DNA from: an uncultured Verrucomicrobiota bacterium
GTDB taxonomy: Bacteria > Verrucomicrobiota > Kiritimatiellia > CAIQIC01 > Lenti-01
Length of the DNA: 64,000 nucleotides
Assembly: GCA_937872095.1 (NCBI GenBank)
Contig: CALMNW010000014.1
Span: 112,799 to 176,798 of the forward strand
Direction of reading: 5' to 3'
Shown: positions 45,115-57,100 of the stretch, piece by piece
Layout of the letters: the number at the start of each line of letters is the position of its first letter
Numbering within the stretch: the stretch's first letter is position 1
Notes under the pieces: generated by a model
What the model was told of the DNA's origin: nothing
The model's input: only the letters and a program-made list of their open reading frames with translations
The model's database searches: none
Position numbers and translations under genes: made by a program

Positions 45115-48100
45115 ATGAAAATCCGCCGCGCATTGCCCCTGCTTTCCTTGTGTTTGCTCTTGGCCGATTCGGCGGGCGCGCAATCCGCGCGCAGCGGCGT
45201 GGGTGCCGTTCCGTATGCCGATGCCGGCGGCACGGGTGTGACGTTCCGTACTTGGGCGCCCAATGCATCCGCCGTCGCCGTTCGGGGCGCTTTCAACGGC
45301 TGGGGCACCACCGCGCTCGTTAAGGACATGCCAAGCGGAAGCTGGAATGGATACTGGTCGACAGACGTCTCCGGCGCCCGGTCGGGACAGGAATACAAAT
45401 TCACGTTGAACGGCACCTATAAAAAAGATCCGCGCGGGCAGCGCGTCGTCAATTCCGTCGGCAATTCCATCGTCTACGACCACGGCGCGTTCGACTGGGG
45501 CAGTTCCACCAACTTCAGCGCCATCTGGCGAAACGATCTGGTCATCTATGAAATGCATGCCGGCTCCTACAACGCGGAAGATTGGCTGCCCTCCACGTTC
45601 GACGAATGCATCGACAAGATCGCCTATCTGAAGGCGCTCGGCATTTCCGCCGTCGAACTCATGCCCGTCAACGAATTCCCCGGCGACCGCTCGTGGGGCT
45701 ACAATCCGAGCGATCTTTTCGCCATCGAGTCGTCCCACGGCGGCCCCGACGCCCTCAAACGGTTCGTCAAAGCGTGCCACGAGAACGGCATCGCCGTCAT
45801 CGTGGACGTCGTCCACAACCACTATGGTCCCTCCGATCTCGGCGACGGCATGTGGCAATACGACGGCTGGTCCAGCGGCGGCTACGGCGGCATCTATTTC
45901 TACAACGACTGGAAAGCGTCCACCGATTGGGGCTCGACCCGTCCCGACTACGGCCGCAGCGAGGTCAAGGATTTCATCCAGGCGCAAATCCAGATGTTCG
46001 TCGAGGACTACCACGTCGACGGCTTCCGCTGGGATTCCGTCTACAACATCCGCAACTGCAGCGGCACGTGGAATCCAGATGGCAGCGCCATGTTGGCGCA
46101 GGTCAACAATTGGTTGATCGCCAACCACCCCGACGTGTTCCGCATCGCGGAAGACCATGCCTTCGACACCGACGTCGGCTTCGAAGCCCAGTGGGACCAC
46201 GACTTCCTGAGCAACGTCCGCTATCTCGCCACGGCCGGCAGCGATTCCGACCGCAACATGAACACGCTCGCCTACTTCCTCGGCAGCGGCGGATTCGACC
46301 GCGTGGTCTATGTCGAAAGCCACGACAGCTGCGGAGATCTCAACAGCAAGCATCGCCTGCCCTACGACGTCGATTCCGGAAGCCCGGAAGGGTATTGGGC
46401 CAAAAAACGCTCTCTGCTGGTCAACGCCATCGCGCTGGTTTCCTCCGGCATTCCCATGATCTTCGAGGGATCCGAAATGCACGAGTGGTACACCTTCTCG
46501 AACAACCAGGCCCTGCGCTGGTCCCAGACCAACGCGAACGCCGGCATCGTGAACGCCTACGCCGATCTGATCCATCTGCGCCGGAACGCCTATGGCAATA
46601 CCGCGGCCCTCAAAGATCCCTACAACGTCGACGTCCACCACGTGAACAACACCGCCAAGGTCGTCGGCATGAAGAGAGGCAACCTGCTGTTCGCCATCAA
46701 CTGTTCGGCCACCGTCCGCAACGGGTATTCGATGGCCTTCCCCTCTTCCGGTACCTGGTACTGTCTCTACAATTCGGACCGGCAAGCCTACGACTCCGCG
46801 TTTGGCGACGTCGGACCGGCCGTCGGCGGAACCGTCGTAGCGGACGGCAGCGCCAACGCCTCCCTCGATCTCGGCGCCTATTCCCTGCAAATCTACGCCC
46901 AGACGCCGATCCCCGAAGAATCCGCCGCCACCTTCGATCCGGCGATTCCGTCCAACTGCGCGTCCATCGTCGCCATCACCTATTCGCCCGGCGACGGTCC
47001 CCTCCAGGGCGCCACGAATCTCGATGCCTATATCGGCCGCAACAATTGGCTGAATCCAACCAACGTCCCGATGACGGCCAACGGCAGCGACTGGACGCTG
47101 GACTACGCGATTCCCGACGACACCTGGGAAATCAACCTTTCCTTCACCGACGGCGCCGCCACCAACGCCCTCTGGGACAACAACGGCGGCGACAACTGGA
47201 CGGTGGCCGTCTTGAACTGCGGCGACCTCCCCGCCGACGTCGAACTGAGTCCCGCCGTTCCGCAGGGCTGCATTCCCGTGAAGATTTCCTACGAAATCAA
47301 CGGGGGCCCCCTCACCAACGGGGCCCCTCCTGTCTACGCTTATGTCGGCCGCAACGGCTGGCAAAATGCCCAACATATCGCCTTGACGAACGAATTCGAC
47401 GACACCTGGAGCGGATGGTATTCCATTCCCGACGACACCTGGGAAATCGACTATGTCTTCCATAACGCCTCCGACATCTGGGACAACAACGACTCGGAAG
47501 ACTGGCACGCCATCGTCAGCGCCTGCATCAACACCGAGCAACCCCAACTCGCCATCACCAACCCCATTCCCATCACCAACGTGGCCAACGAGATCGAAAG
47601 CCTGGCGCTGCAAGGAACCGCCAATCTCCTGACTGGGCATCTGCGCTGGACCAATACGCTCTCCGGGACCTCCGGCGCGATCGATTACGCCACCAACTGG
47701 AATGTCGCCTCCGTGCCATTGGCCGAAGGCGTGAACTTAATCCGCGTTTCCGGAACCAATTCCGCCGTCAATCCCAACGATGGCGCCGCCGATTCCCCGG
47801 CAAATCCCACCTATTCGGCTTCCCTGAGCTGGTTCGACGGCCAAAACGGCGGCAACCAGTTCAAAGCCTGGAGCATCAGCAGCGGAGCCACCGCGTCCCT
47901 GGCCGTTTCCAATCCCTATTGCAGCTTCGCTTCGAACGCCTACGCCTGGGCCCTGCAAGCCAGCGGCGGAGGATTCATCCAGGCCGTCCGCCCCTTCGCC
48001 GCCTCCCTGCAACCGGGCGACCAGGTTTCTGTCGTCTTCGAAACCGGCGGCATCGACAGTCCTGGTTCGGTCGGCGTCGCGTTCCACAACCGCTTCGAAC

Positions 48101-48687
48101 AACGTCTCGCGGAATTCTATTTCCAAGGGGGCTCGACCAACTACGTCGTCAACGACTTCTCCGAGCGCAATACCGGCATCCCGTGGAACTCCGAAGAGCC
48201 CCGCACCTGCACGTTCGAGTTGCTCGACGCCCTGACCTACCGCTTGACCGTCAACGGGCAGGCATTCGAAGGCACGTTTGCCGATGCCTCGGAGTATGCC
48301 GTTTCCTACGTCCGTTTCTGGAATTGGAACGCCGGCAGCGGGGATGACCACAAGGTTTTCATCGGCGATCTTTCCGTCGGCGGAGATCCCCTGCCCGTCC
48401 TGACCTACTCTTCCGAAATCGCCGTCAGCCGCGCGGCATCCCCCTTGCGCACCGTCCAATCGCTCCTCTCCACCGATGACGGGTTCGTGGCCACGGTAAA
48501 CAGCGTCGCGGGCCTCGCCGACAACGTCTGGAGCGCCAGTGTCCTGACCAACGGCGGCTGGAACTGGGCGCCGCTCCCCACCAACGAGTATGCCATCGTG
48601 CCTTCCAACAACACGGTTTCCATCATCTTGGCGCCCACGAACTTGCTGACGGTCATTTCCATCGGCAAGCCCGGCGGCGGCAATTGA
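45115..48687 (+). CDS. Secreted multidomain GH13 enzyme: CBM48 + GH13 catalytic domain + two CBM25/26-like starch-binding modules + about 400-aa uncharacterised C-terminal region
   Basis: Signal peptide MKIRRALPLLSLCLLLADSAGAQSA. Paralog of the preceding gene (LMPVNEFPGDRSWGYNPSDLFAIESS, VVHNHYGP, GFRWDSV, IAEDHAF, YVESHDS). Tandem modules with the WDNNGGDNW / WDNNDSEDW signature at about 47000-47240 and 47310-47530. Confidence 0.88.
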   Translation: MKIRRALPLLSLCLLLADSAGAQSARSGVGAVPYADAGGTGVTFRTWAPNASAVAVRGAFNGWGTTALVKDMPSGSWNGYWSTDVSGARSGQEYKFTLNGTYKKDPRGQRVVNSVGNSIVYDHGAFDWGSSTNFSAIWRNDLVIYEMHAGSYNAEDWLPSTFDECIDKIAYLKALGISAVELMPVNEFPGDRSWGYNPSDLFAIESSHGGPDALKRFVKACHENGIAVIVDVVHNHYGPSDLGDGMWQYDGWSSGGYGGIYFYNDWKASTDWGSTRPDYGRSEVKDFIQAQIQMFVEDYHVDGFRWDSVYNIRNCSGTWNPDGSAMLAQVNNWLIANHPDVFRIAEDHAFDTDVGFEAQWDHDFLSNVRYLATAGSDSDRNMNTLAYFLGSGGFDRVVYVESHDSCGDLNSKHRLPYDVDSGSPEGYWAKKRSLLVNAIALVSSGIPMIFEGSEMHEWYTFSNNQALRWSQTNANAGIVNAYADLIHLRRNAYGNTAALKDPYNVDVHHVNNTAKVVGMKRGNLLFAINCSATVRNGYSMAFPSSGTWYCLYNSDRQAYDSAFGDVGPAVGGTVVADGSANASLDLGAYSLQIYAQTPIPEESAATFDPAIPSNCASIVAITYSPGDGPLQGATNLDAYIGRNNWLNPTNVPMTANGSDWTLDYAIPDDTWEINLSFTDGAATNALWDNNGGDNWTVAVLNCGDLPADVELSPAVPQGCIPVKISYEINGGPLTNGAPPVYAYVGRNGWQNAQHIALTNEFDDTWSGWYSIPDDTWEIDYVFHNASDIWDNNDSEDWHAIVSACINTEQPQLAITNPIPITNVANEIESLALQGTANLLTGHLRWTNTLSGTSGAIDYATNWNVASVPLAEGVNLIRVSGTNSAVNPNDGAADSPANPTYSASLSWFDGQNGGNQFKAWSISSGATASLAVSNPYCSFASNAYAWALQASGGGFIQAVRPFAASLQPGDQVSVVFETGGIDSPGSVGVAFHNRFEQRLAEFYFQGGSTNYVVNDFSERNTGIPWNSEEPRTCTFELLDALTYRLTVNGQAFEGTFADASEYAVSYVRFWNWNAGSGDDHKVFIGDLSVGGDPLPVLTYSSEIAVSRAASPLRTVQSLLSTDDGFVATVNSVAGLADNVWSASVLTNGGWNWAPLPTNEYAIVPSNNTVSIILAPTNLLTVISIGKPGGGN

Positions 48688-48774
48688 CCCCCCTCTCCCG
48701 CCGAACGAATCGTTGCCCAAAATCGATATCGACAGCGCAAGGCCGCTAGGGTAGAAACGGGGACGATTCTCGCT

Positions 48775-48849
<75 letters not shown>

Positions 48850-48862
48850 TTTTCGCCATCGA

Positions 48863-49663
48863 ATGAATTGCATCATTTGGAATTCCGTCGTCGCCCTGTC
48901 TTTGGCCTGCTTCTTCCTGCCTCCTTCCCGCGCACAAGCGGTCTCCACCAATCTCACCTTCGCCGATGGCCAAATCGCCTGCGAATTGTCCTCGCAACGC
49001 GAAACCATTCCGGACCTGGTGCTCGCCACGTTGCCTGTCGCGATGGACGCCGCGCGGAAGGCCATTGGAACCCCGAACGAACCGGTGCGTCTTTCGATCC
49101 GCCTTCTGGAACCCCCGCCTTTCTACAAACGCCTCAAAACCATGTTCCAAGTCGAGGCGTATGCCGTTCAGGAGAACGATGAAATCCGACTGCATGCGGG
49201 CCATGATCCCCTGAAACTCGCCTTTCGCCTCGGCCACGAGCTTTCCCATTGGCTGGTCTACAAGCGGTATTCCGTTCGGCCGCCGCTCTGGTTGGACGAA
49301 GGTCTCGCCCAGATGGTCGCCGGCAGCGCCGCCGAAGCCTGCGCCCGCACCCACAAACAAGATCTCGAACGTCCGCGACCGCCCAAGCTCGATGAACACA
49401 TGTACAGTCTCGGCGAATTGATTGCCTTGCGGACCTATCCCAGGTCCGCAGCCTGTTCCGCCGCCTTCTACTGGCAAGCCGAAGCGCTCGTCGGCGCCAT
49501 CCACAAACGGCTGGGTCCCGCCGAGTTCGCCGTTTATCTTGGCCTGCTTTGCGCAGCCGACGCGCCGGCATGGGACATTCCCCTGCGCGAACGCTGGTAC
49601 TTCTCCGATTGGGACCTGAATTGGCTCGCGGAGCAAATCCGCCCCGGGCCAAACGGGAAATAA
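48863..49663 (+). CDS. Secreted hypothetical protein with HExxH zinc-metallopeptidase-like motif
   Basis: Signal peptide MNCIIWNSVVALSLACFFLPPSRAQA, then GHELSHW. The track ORF starts at 48797 inside the tRNA; trimmed to ATG 48863. Confidence 0.6.
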   Translation: MNCIIWNSVVALSLACFFLPPSRAQAVSTNLTFADGQIACELSSQRETIPDLVLATLPVAMDAARKAIGTPNEPVRLSIRLLEPPPFYKRLKTMFQVEAYAVQENDEIRLHAGHDPLKLAFRLGHELSHWLVYKRYSVRPPLWLDEGLAQMVAGSAAEACARTHKQDLERPRPPKLDEHMYSLGELIALRTYPRSAACSAAFYWQAEALVGAIHKRLGPAEFAVYLGLLCAADAPAWDIPLRERWYFSDWDLNWLAEQIRPGPNGK

Positions 49664-49679
49664 CGCCTCTCGCCTCCGC

Positions 49680-50960
49680 ATGACACCGATGCACTCCACC
49701 CAATCCGACGATCCCGAACGAGCCTGGCTGGTTGCCGCCACCCTTGGAGACGCGCCCCGGGCCGAGATCGAAGATTCCCTTCGCGAACTGCGCGCCTTGG
49801 CCGGCACCGCCCGCGCGGAGGTCGTCGGCGAAACGTTGTGCCGGTTGCGTGCCCTTCAGCCCGCGACCTACATCGGCCGGGGCAAGGCCCAGCAAATCGC
49901 CGCGGATCTTCAAGCCGCCGGAGCCAATCTCGTTATTTTCGACGACGATCTCACTCCCGCCCAAGGGCGATCCCTCGAAGAAATCTTCGGCATGCGCGTG
50001 GTGGACCGGACCCAGCTCATTCTCGACATCTTCGCCCAGCGCGCCCTGACGCTGGAAGGCCGCCTCCAGATCGAGCTGGCCCAACTCCATTACCTGATTC
50101 CCCGCCTGCGGGGGCTCTGGACGCATTTGGAGCGCCAAAAAGGCGGCATTGGACTTAAAGGCCCTGGCGAGAAGCAGTTGGAACTGGACCGCCGCCGCAT
50201 CGAGCAGCGCATCGGCCGCATCCGCGACCAGTTGCAGCTCGTGCGCCAGCGCCGGGCGGAGTTGCGCCGCGGGCGACGCCGGCATGGCTGGGCTTTGCTC
50301 ACGCTGGTCGGGTATACCAACGCCGGCAAATCGACGCTCTTGAATCGCCTGACAAATGCCGGCGTGCTGGCCGACGACCAGTTGTTCGCCACGCTCGATC
50401 CCACCACCCGCCAGATCCAATTGCCCAACCATCAATTGTGTTTGCTGACCGACACGGTGGGCTTTATCCGCAAGCTGCCCCACCACCTCGTGGAATCGTT
50501 CAAAGCCACCTTGGAAGAAGTAAACGAGGCCGACCTGCTCTTGCACGTCATCGACGCCTCCCAGCCGCGGGTAGACGAACAAATCGACGCCGTGGAGGCC
50601 GTCCTGCGCGAACTGGGGGCCCAGAACAAGCCCGTTTTGGCCGTATTCAACAAAACCGATCTGGACAAAGGACGCAACCAAGCCATACGGCTTGCCGACC
50701 GTTTCCGCCATTCGACGGCCATATCCGCCGCCACGGGCGAAGGAACCACCGCCCTTTGCCAGACCATCGCCGACCTGCTGCGCGACCGCGTCGCGCATCT
50801 GCATCTGAAGATCCCGGCCGGAGAGGGCAAAACCATCGCCGCCCTCCACGCCAACGGCAAGGTGCTGGCCCAGAAAGTGCGCGGGAAGCACCTGCATATC
50901 GAAGCCATCGTTTCGGCCTCCCATGCAGCCACGCTCGATCCCCGATGGATCGAGCGGTGA
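49680..50960 (+). CDS. hflX: GTPase HflX
   Basis: HflX N-terminal domain, G1 GYTNAGKST, G3 DTVGF, G4 NKTD. Confidence 0.92.
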   Translation: MTPMHSTQSDDPERAWLVAATLGDAPRAEIEDSLRELRALAGTARAEVVGETLCRLRALQPATYIGRGKAQQIAADLQAAGANLVIFDDDLTPAQGRSLEEIFGMRVVDRTQLILDIFAQRALTLEGRLQIELAQLHYLIPRLRGLWTHLERQKGGIGLKGPGEKQLELDRRRIEQRIGRIRDQLQLVRQRRAELRRGRRRHGWALLTLVGYTNAGKSTLLNRLTNAGVLADDQLFATLDPTTRQIQLPNHQLCLLTDTVGFIRKLPHHLVESFKATLEEVNEADLLLHVIDASQPRVDEQIDAVEAVLRELGAQNKPVLAVFNKTDLDKGRNQAIRLADRFRHSTAISAATGEGTTALCQTIADLLRDRVAHLHLKIPAGEGKTIAALHANGKVLAQKVRGKHLHIEAIVSASHAATLDPRWIER

Positions 50961-51100
50961 TTCCGGCTCCAGCCCGCCCCCCAAACCGGCCACGCACACC
51001 AGCCGCGGCCATACTCTTCTTGCTCGCCGGGAGCAGGTCTGGACATCCGGTCACCCGGCGTCCATCGCCGACGCCGCCGCGGGCGGAGAATGAATCGGGC

Positions 51101-54100
51101 CTAGTTGGTGCTTTGGGCCCCGGCCAAGACGGTTCCGCCGGTCAGATAGTTCACGGTCAAACCGGTTCCGTTGTATTCATAGATCTTCACGGCGTACCAT
51201 AATCCCGGATTGAGCCCCTGCAACAGGAAGGCACTGCCGGTTCCGTCGTAACAGATCTTGTTCCCGTCGCCCTTATCCAAGGCTTGCATGAAGTCCACGT
51301 TCACGCCTTCAGGCGCCACTCCATCCAAAGGCGTCCAAGTGGTCGTCGTTCCTTGTCGGACGACGACGATGCGCCGGGCGCCGTTGCCAGACGTCCAACT
51401 CATCCCGATTTGGGTGGCGCTGACGTTGGTAAAGATCAAGGAGTTCGCGTTCGCCGTCGGCTCATCCGCAAGATCGGGCAACGTCGGCGTGCCGGTCCAC
51501 CCCATCCACCGGGTCGGGAGCTGCGGATAGAAGTCGGTCGGGTAGTAATACCACGTCCAGCTGTTGCCCAGTCCGCCGTTCTTCGACACGATGACGATCA
51601 CGTCGTTGGGCTTGAAGTAGCCGCCGGGGACCAATCCGTTGTTGCTCACAAAGCGCCAAACGCTGTTGGTGTCGCAGTAGATGGTACTGCCTCTCAATAC
51701 GGATTTCGTCGTGGTGTCCAGCGTGTAGATTTCGTCGCTCTGGCCCCGGAGGCCCTTCGTGAATCCGCTGGAAACCAGGCGCATCTGGCTGGGATGGGCG
51801 GCCACGGGCAGACGCAGCGACACCACGTTGTACACCGGCGCGATCGGATCGTAGCGGTTACCGCAATGGATCACTTCGCTGAATCCGGCCGCGTTGGTCG
51901 GGACCTGCGCGATGGCCGACCAGATCATGGCCGGAACGCTGCTGGTCTTGGTGTAGTCCGTCCAGGCATTGGTGTTCACGTAGCCTTCCGGCAAGGGATC
52001 CGGCAGCGTGATCGAGAATCCGCGGCTGAAGAAGTCGTTGGACATCAGCATCGTGGTGACGTCGGTGCTGTCGTTCTCGCGGATCCATTGGCCGCTTTGG
52101 GTAAGGTAGAAGGCCTCGGCCAGCGGCGCGTTGGTTCCCCACGAGAAGAACTCGACCTTGGTGCCATCCAGCGCGCTGGCTCCGCCGGGGAAGCTTTCCA
52201 CGCCGCCGAACACGCCTTCGAACGTGTTGGTATACGGCACGCCGTGGAGCGAGACGAAGTTCTGGCCGGCCGACAACACGATGTTGTGGATGGCGTAGAC
52301 TTCCTCGCTGGCCAGCGGCCGTTGCGGGAGGACGACTGTTTCGTTGCTGATCACGGCTTCCCGGAAGGTCTTCCAGCGATCCTTGTAGGAGGCCCGGTAG
52401 AACCGGATGTCGCCGCGATCGCGGGCTTGGCCGCCGTCGTCCACGAACCAGTTGGAGCGGACGGTGCCGACCAGCTGCCACGTGTTGTTGGTGCTTTCCC
52501 GGAACGTGCTCGCATCCCAGTAGATCAGGTCGTAGTCCTTCGTGACGTTCGTATACACGCCATTGGTCTGGAAACCGGCCGCAAGCCAAGCCAGTCCGGC
52601 GGCGGTATCCACGTTGGTCCGGGTCAAAGAACCGGCCGACGGGAAAGCCGCCAGCGCATCGCTCTTCGGCAACGTCCAGCCGCGGGTCAGCGCGAACTTG
52701 ATGGTGTTGTTCGTCGCCCAGCTCGAGATGTTCGCCGGACCTTCGTTGCCGGCCCGGTCCACGCCCACGATCACGACGGCGTAGTCCTGATCGAAGTCGA
52801 GGTCGTACAGGCGGATCTTGTTTTGGGGCAGGTTGGTCAGCGCCAGATAGTTCGTGCCGGTGGCCGAGGGGTCGGAGATCGGCGTGTTCCAGGTCGCGCT
52901 GGGCCAGGTCCGGTAGGTTCCGGTGGCGATGAAGTTCGTATAGATGAACCCCGTGTCGGTGCTGCTCGGGTTGTCGTCCGAAGGCACGTCCATTGAATTG
53001 AATACGCCGTAGTAGATCTTGTAGGAACGCCACGGCGACAGGATGTCCCGCGGGACGGGTTCCGTCAGGCCCCACGACGGGTAGTTGGAATGGGTGGTGA
53101 GATCGGGGCCTACGTTGGCGGTATACCACTGCACGTCGAACTGCGTGGTGGGATCGTCCACCAGCTCGGTGGAAGCGCCCGTGGCATAGCCGATCGTGGC
53201 CACCGGCGTCGGCGGCGTCACGTCGTATGCGGTGTAGAATTCGACGGGGTCGCCGCCCATCCGGTCGTTGGCGCGGTTGTTGTCCGCGTCCACCGCGAAC
53301 AAGTAGCTGGGATTGGAGATGCCCTGATTGGCCGCCGTGGCGGTGAATCGCATCGACGGCAGGTTGGTTCCGATGTCCACGGACAGGCGGATGTCGTCCC
53401 AGTAGGTCGTATTGCCGCCGCCGTCGATCAGGGAGATCTTCAGCACTTCGGTTTCGTTGTCGCCGACCGCCACGGCGGGCGCGATCGAGAATGCCGTCCA
53501 CTCGTTTGTTTCAGGCAAGCTCAAGTTCTCCGTATCCGTCGGCGTGACCAGGTTGGTGGCCGCGAACGCCTCGATCCGGAAGGTGGCGCCGGCGACCGTA
53601 TCGCACCGGTACCAGCCGCTCACTCCCACGACCGGCGGGTTGGACGCGAGATTGCGGAACTCGATGAACTGGGACGCCGAGCCGCCATTGGCGGTCTTCA
53701 GGCAGTTGGTCCCTTCATACGGCTCGTTCGTATCGCCATATCGGCCCTGGAAATGGAAGAAGCTGTCGCCGTTGGTCGTCCAGCCGACGTCCCGCATTTC
53801 GAAGCCGTAGTTGGCCAGGGCGCCATTGGTGGCGGCCACGGCATACGGCATGCCGTAGGCGGCGCGGTTGCTGGGCGCCATCGAAGCGACGTCGTTCGTC
53901 GTCACGCGGTATTCGCCGATGCCGGTGAGGATGCGCTGCTTGGCGGTATAGTTCGTGCCCGGATCCTGATCCACGGCCACCGAATCGAAGGTGACGATGA
54001 ACTCGGGCTGGTTGGTCCACGGGGCGGTTTCGCGGGTCACCGAACCGACCGGCATGCCATTGACGCGAACGACGCCCACGGTGCTGGGCACGCCGAGGTC

Positions 54101-57100
54101 GTTGTCGACGATGTACAGCGCCAGATCGCCGGTCATCTGCAAGTCGTCGTAGGTGCGGTCGTCGTCGTAATCCCACACGCTGGAACTGCCGAGGTATTCG
54201 CCCAGCATCAGATTCGTGTAGGTCGGCCGCGGCAGGTCGGCCGTGAACGATCCGCCCAGCTCGTCCAGCACCTCGCCATCGACGAAGTTGGAAGCGAAGT
54301 TGAAGACCTGGTTGGTGACGAACACCCCGCCATCCGGCGCGTTCATCGAGAAGCGCGGGTGTTTGGTTGCGTCGGCGTTGTTGGTGGAACAAATGCCGCT
54401 GTCGCTGTCCCAGGTGTGGCCTTGCAGCGCGTACGTCCCGCTGGCGAACTCTTCGTCCGACACTTCGGTGACGCCGTTCGTATCGGAAACCACCTGGCGG
54501 AAGGTCAGGTTGTGGAGCGACCAATAGGTCCCGATTCCCGTGTTGTTGGTGGCGTTGTAGTAGCCGTGGATGCGGAATTGGGTGGTCTGGTCTGCCGGCA
54601 GAACGAACACGTTGGTCGGATAGTTCTGGGAGAAGGAGTACCACGTGTTCGTGACGATCGGACCGTTCGTGCTGCCCGAGAAGGTGTACGGGCCCTGCTG
54701 CCGGACCTGCACGTTGTCCACGAACTGGCGGATATAGAAGTACGTGGGAGCGTTGGTCGAGTTGAACCGCGATTGGAACGTGATGTTGGTCACGGCCATA
54801 TCGGCCTCCGGCACCATGCTGGCGGCCCAGTACTTGGTGTTGTAGTGCCAGGCGTTGGCGCGGATCGCGTAGGTTCCGCCGGTGGGACCGACTTCGAACA
54901 GATACGGGACCTTGTCCTCGCCGTTGAGCGTGCCGGTCTTCAGCACGTCGACTTCGACGCTGGAATCGGTCTTGGTCGCGATGGTTCCGTTGGTCTTGGT
55001 GAGGAAGAGCCACTGGGCGAGAATGCCCGAACGCGGCTGCATCGACGTCAAGGTCAGTTTCGGCCGGATCGTATCGTCGTCCAGCACGCGCATGCGGCCG
55101 AGGCTGCCGTTGAACCACAGGATGTCGCCGGCCCGGTCGAGGTCGGCGTCCGGAACGTCGATCGTCAGCGGAATGCCGGCGCCGGCGGCCGATTCCAGGA
55201 CCAGATCGGTGATGTCGGCCTTCGAGAACGCACCGGTAGCCGAACCGACGTTCCACCAGAGGGTCGATTCCTCGGACTTGCCGTCGTCCACCAGATTGGC
55301 TTTTCCGGCGTCGACCGTGCCGGTCATGCTGCCCATCCGCATGACGGCCTGGGCATCTTGGATGCCGCTGCCGGGGTCGTACACGTTGCCTTGGACCTGG
55401 ATCTGGTAGCCCGATTCCGCGATCTGCGCGTCCGTCATTTGCAATTCGTCGGGTACGCCGATCAATTGGATGTTGTCCATGCGGAAGGCGCCGTCGTTGC
55501 CGCCGTAGCCGGGACCGAGGACGAACTTCAGATAGACCTTGGCGGAACCTTTCGGAACCACGCCCGACAGATCGATATAGCGCAGCCGCCAATCGGTGGC
55601 ATCCGTCATGGTCCACGGCGGCCAGAGGGCATTGGTCTGGAAGGAGCCGTCGAGACCCGTCAACGACCACTGCACGGAAACGTTGGTGAAGCTGTGCGAT
55701 CCGCCCCGCTCCGCCCAGGACAGGGTGATGTCTTCGGCGGAAACCAGCGGCAGCTCGAACTGGACGTACGGCACGTTCGCCGTGCTGAAGCCCCAGGAAC
55801 CGATGGCTGCCATGTACAGTTCGCCCCGCACGGCCTGATCGAATCCGTCGAACATTTCGTTGACGGTCGTGCCGCCGGTGCCGACGTTGATCAGTTCATT
55901 CAGGTACAACGGCGTCCAGGTGATATAGGCGTTGGTCAGCAGGCTGCCCCACCAAGGAATCCGGGCGCCCTCGACGGTGCTGTTGGTGAAGCTCCAGGCC
56001 GTGAGCACCACGTCGCGGAGACCGTTGGTCAAGGCCATGTCCACATACGGATCCGTTCCGACCTTGACCGCCGTATTGGTGCCGGCCACCGGCGGATCCT
56101 CGTCGTCGTCGTACACGTTGAAGACGATGAAGCCGCCCAGACCGACGATGCGGTCGTAGGCGCCCGCCGTCGCGATGAAGTTCGTGAAGCCCACCAGGTA
56201 GTCGCTTTCCCAGACGCGATAGTCCCATTGGTTGGTGTTGACGTGTTCCGGGTAATACCAGGGCACTTCGGCATCTTCCGTGCGCTGCATGATGTAGCGG
56301 GCCGCCAGTTCCTCGCTCGGTCCGATGCCGCAGATGTCGATCCATTCGTTCGTGTTCGACATGCGGAACAAGCCCACCGGATCGTCGCCGCTGACCTGCA
56401 GCACGTCGTTGGTGCTCAGGATGTAGGACCTTCCTTCGGCCGTCAAGGCATCGACCATCTCTTGACGGGCCGAACTGTTTTCCGTCCCCGTCGTGCCTAG
56501 GAGTCCGCCGTTGACGATGGCCAAGGTCGTGCCGTGGTCCAGCCAGTAGGTCGTGTCGGACAGCCGGAAGATATGGGCCCATTTGACGTACTTGTCGGCC
56601 GGGGTCGTCTGGCTGGCGAGATAGTACTGGCTCAGGTCGATCGCGGCGCCGGTGCCGTTGTAGATTTCCACGTACTTGTCGTAGTTGTTGCCTTCGCCGA
56701 ATTCGCCGAAGAACAGATCGTCGGCTCCGCCCTGGTCGGACAAGACGATGGTGTTCGTTTCCTTCAGGCTGGTGGAGGTGATCCAGACGCGGGAGGTGTA
56801 GGTCGCCAGATCCACTTCGTTCGTCGGCAAGCGGTCGACGATGATGTTGGTGAAGAGCTGCCAGCCGCTGGAATAGGTGGTGTTGGACAGCACGATCTGG
56901 TTCGTCGGGTTGTAGAGATAAACGTTGGGATCCTGCAGGTCCAGCAGGTTGAACTCCGCTTCCGAGATCCGGGTGCGGTGGTAGACCTTGAAGGCGACCG
57001 GATAATTCGTGTCGGGCTGGGCCAACTGGCCGTCGGACACCCAGTTGGTGTTGTTGTCCAGATAGTAGTCGTACACCCGCGGATAGGTGAAGTTCAGCAC

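Noticed and set aside
50961-51100. Possible convergent terminator between hflX and the giant gene (CCGCC-GCG-GGCGG palindrome near 51070-51085)
   Set aside because: Short GC stem with 3-nt loop and no adjacent T-tract on either strand; not convincing as an intrinsic terminator.
53090-56500. 1,136-aa plus-strand ORF and 45064-47640(-) 858-aa ORF antisense to the giant gene and GH13 gene
   Set aside because: Low-complexity Gly/Val/Asp/Arg/His-rich products; the sense strands carry FN3/LTD/ASH and GH13 signatures respectively.
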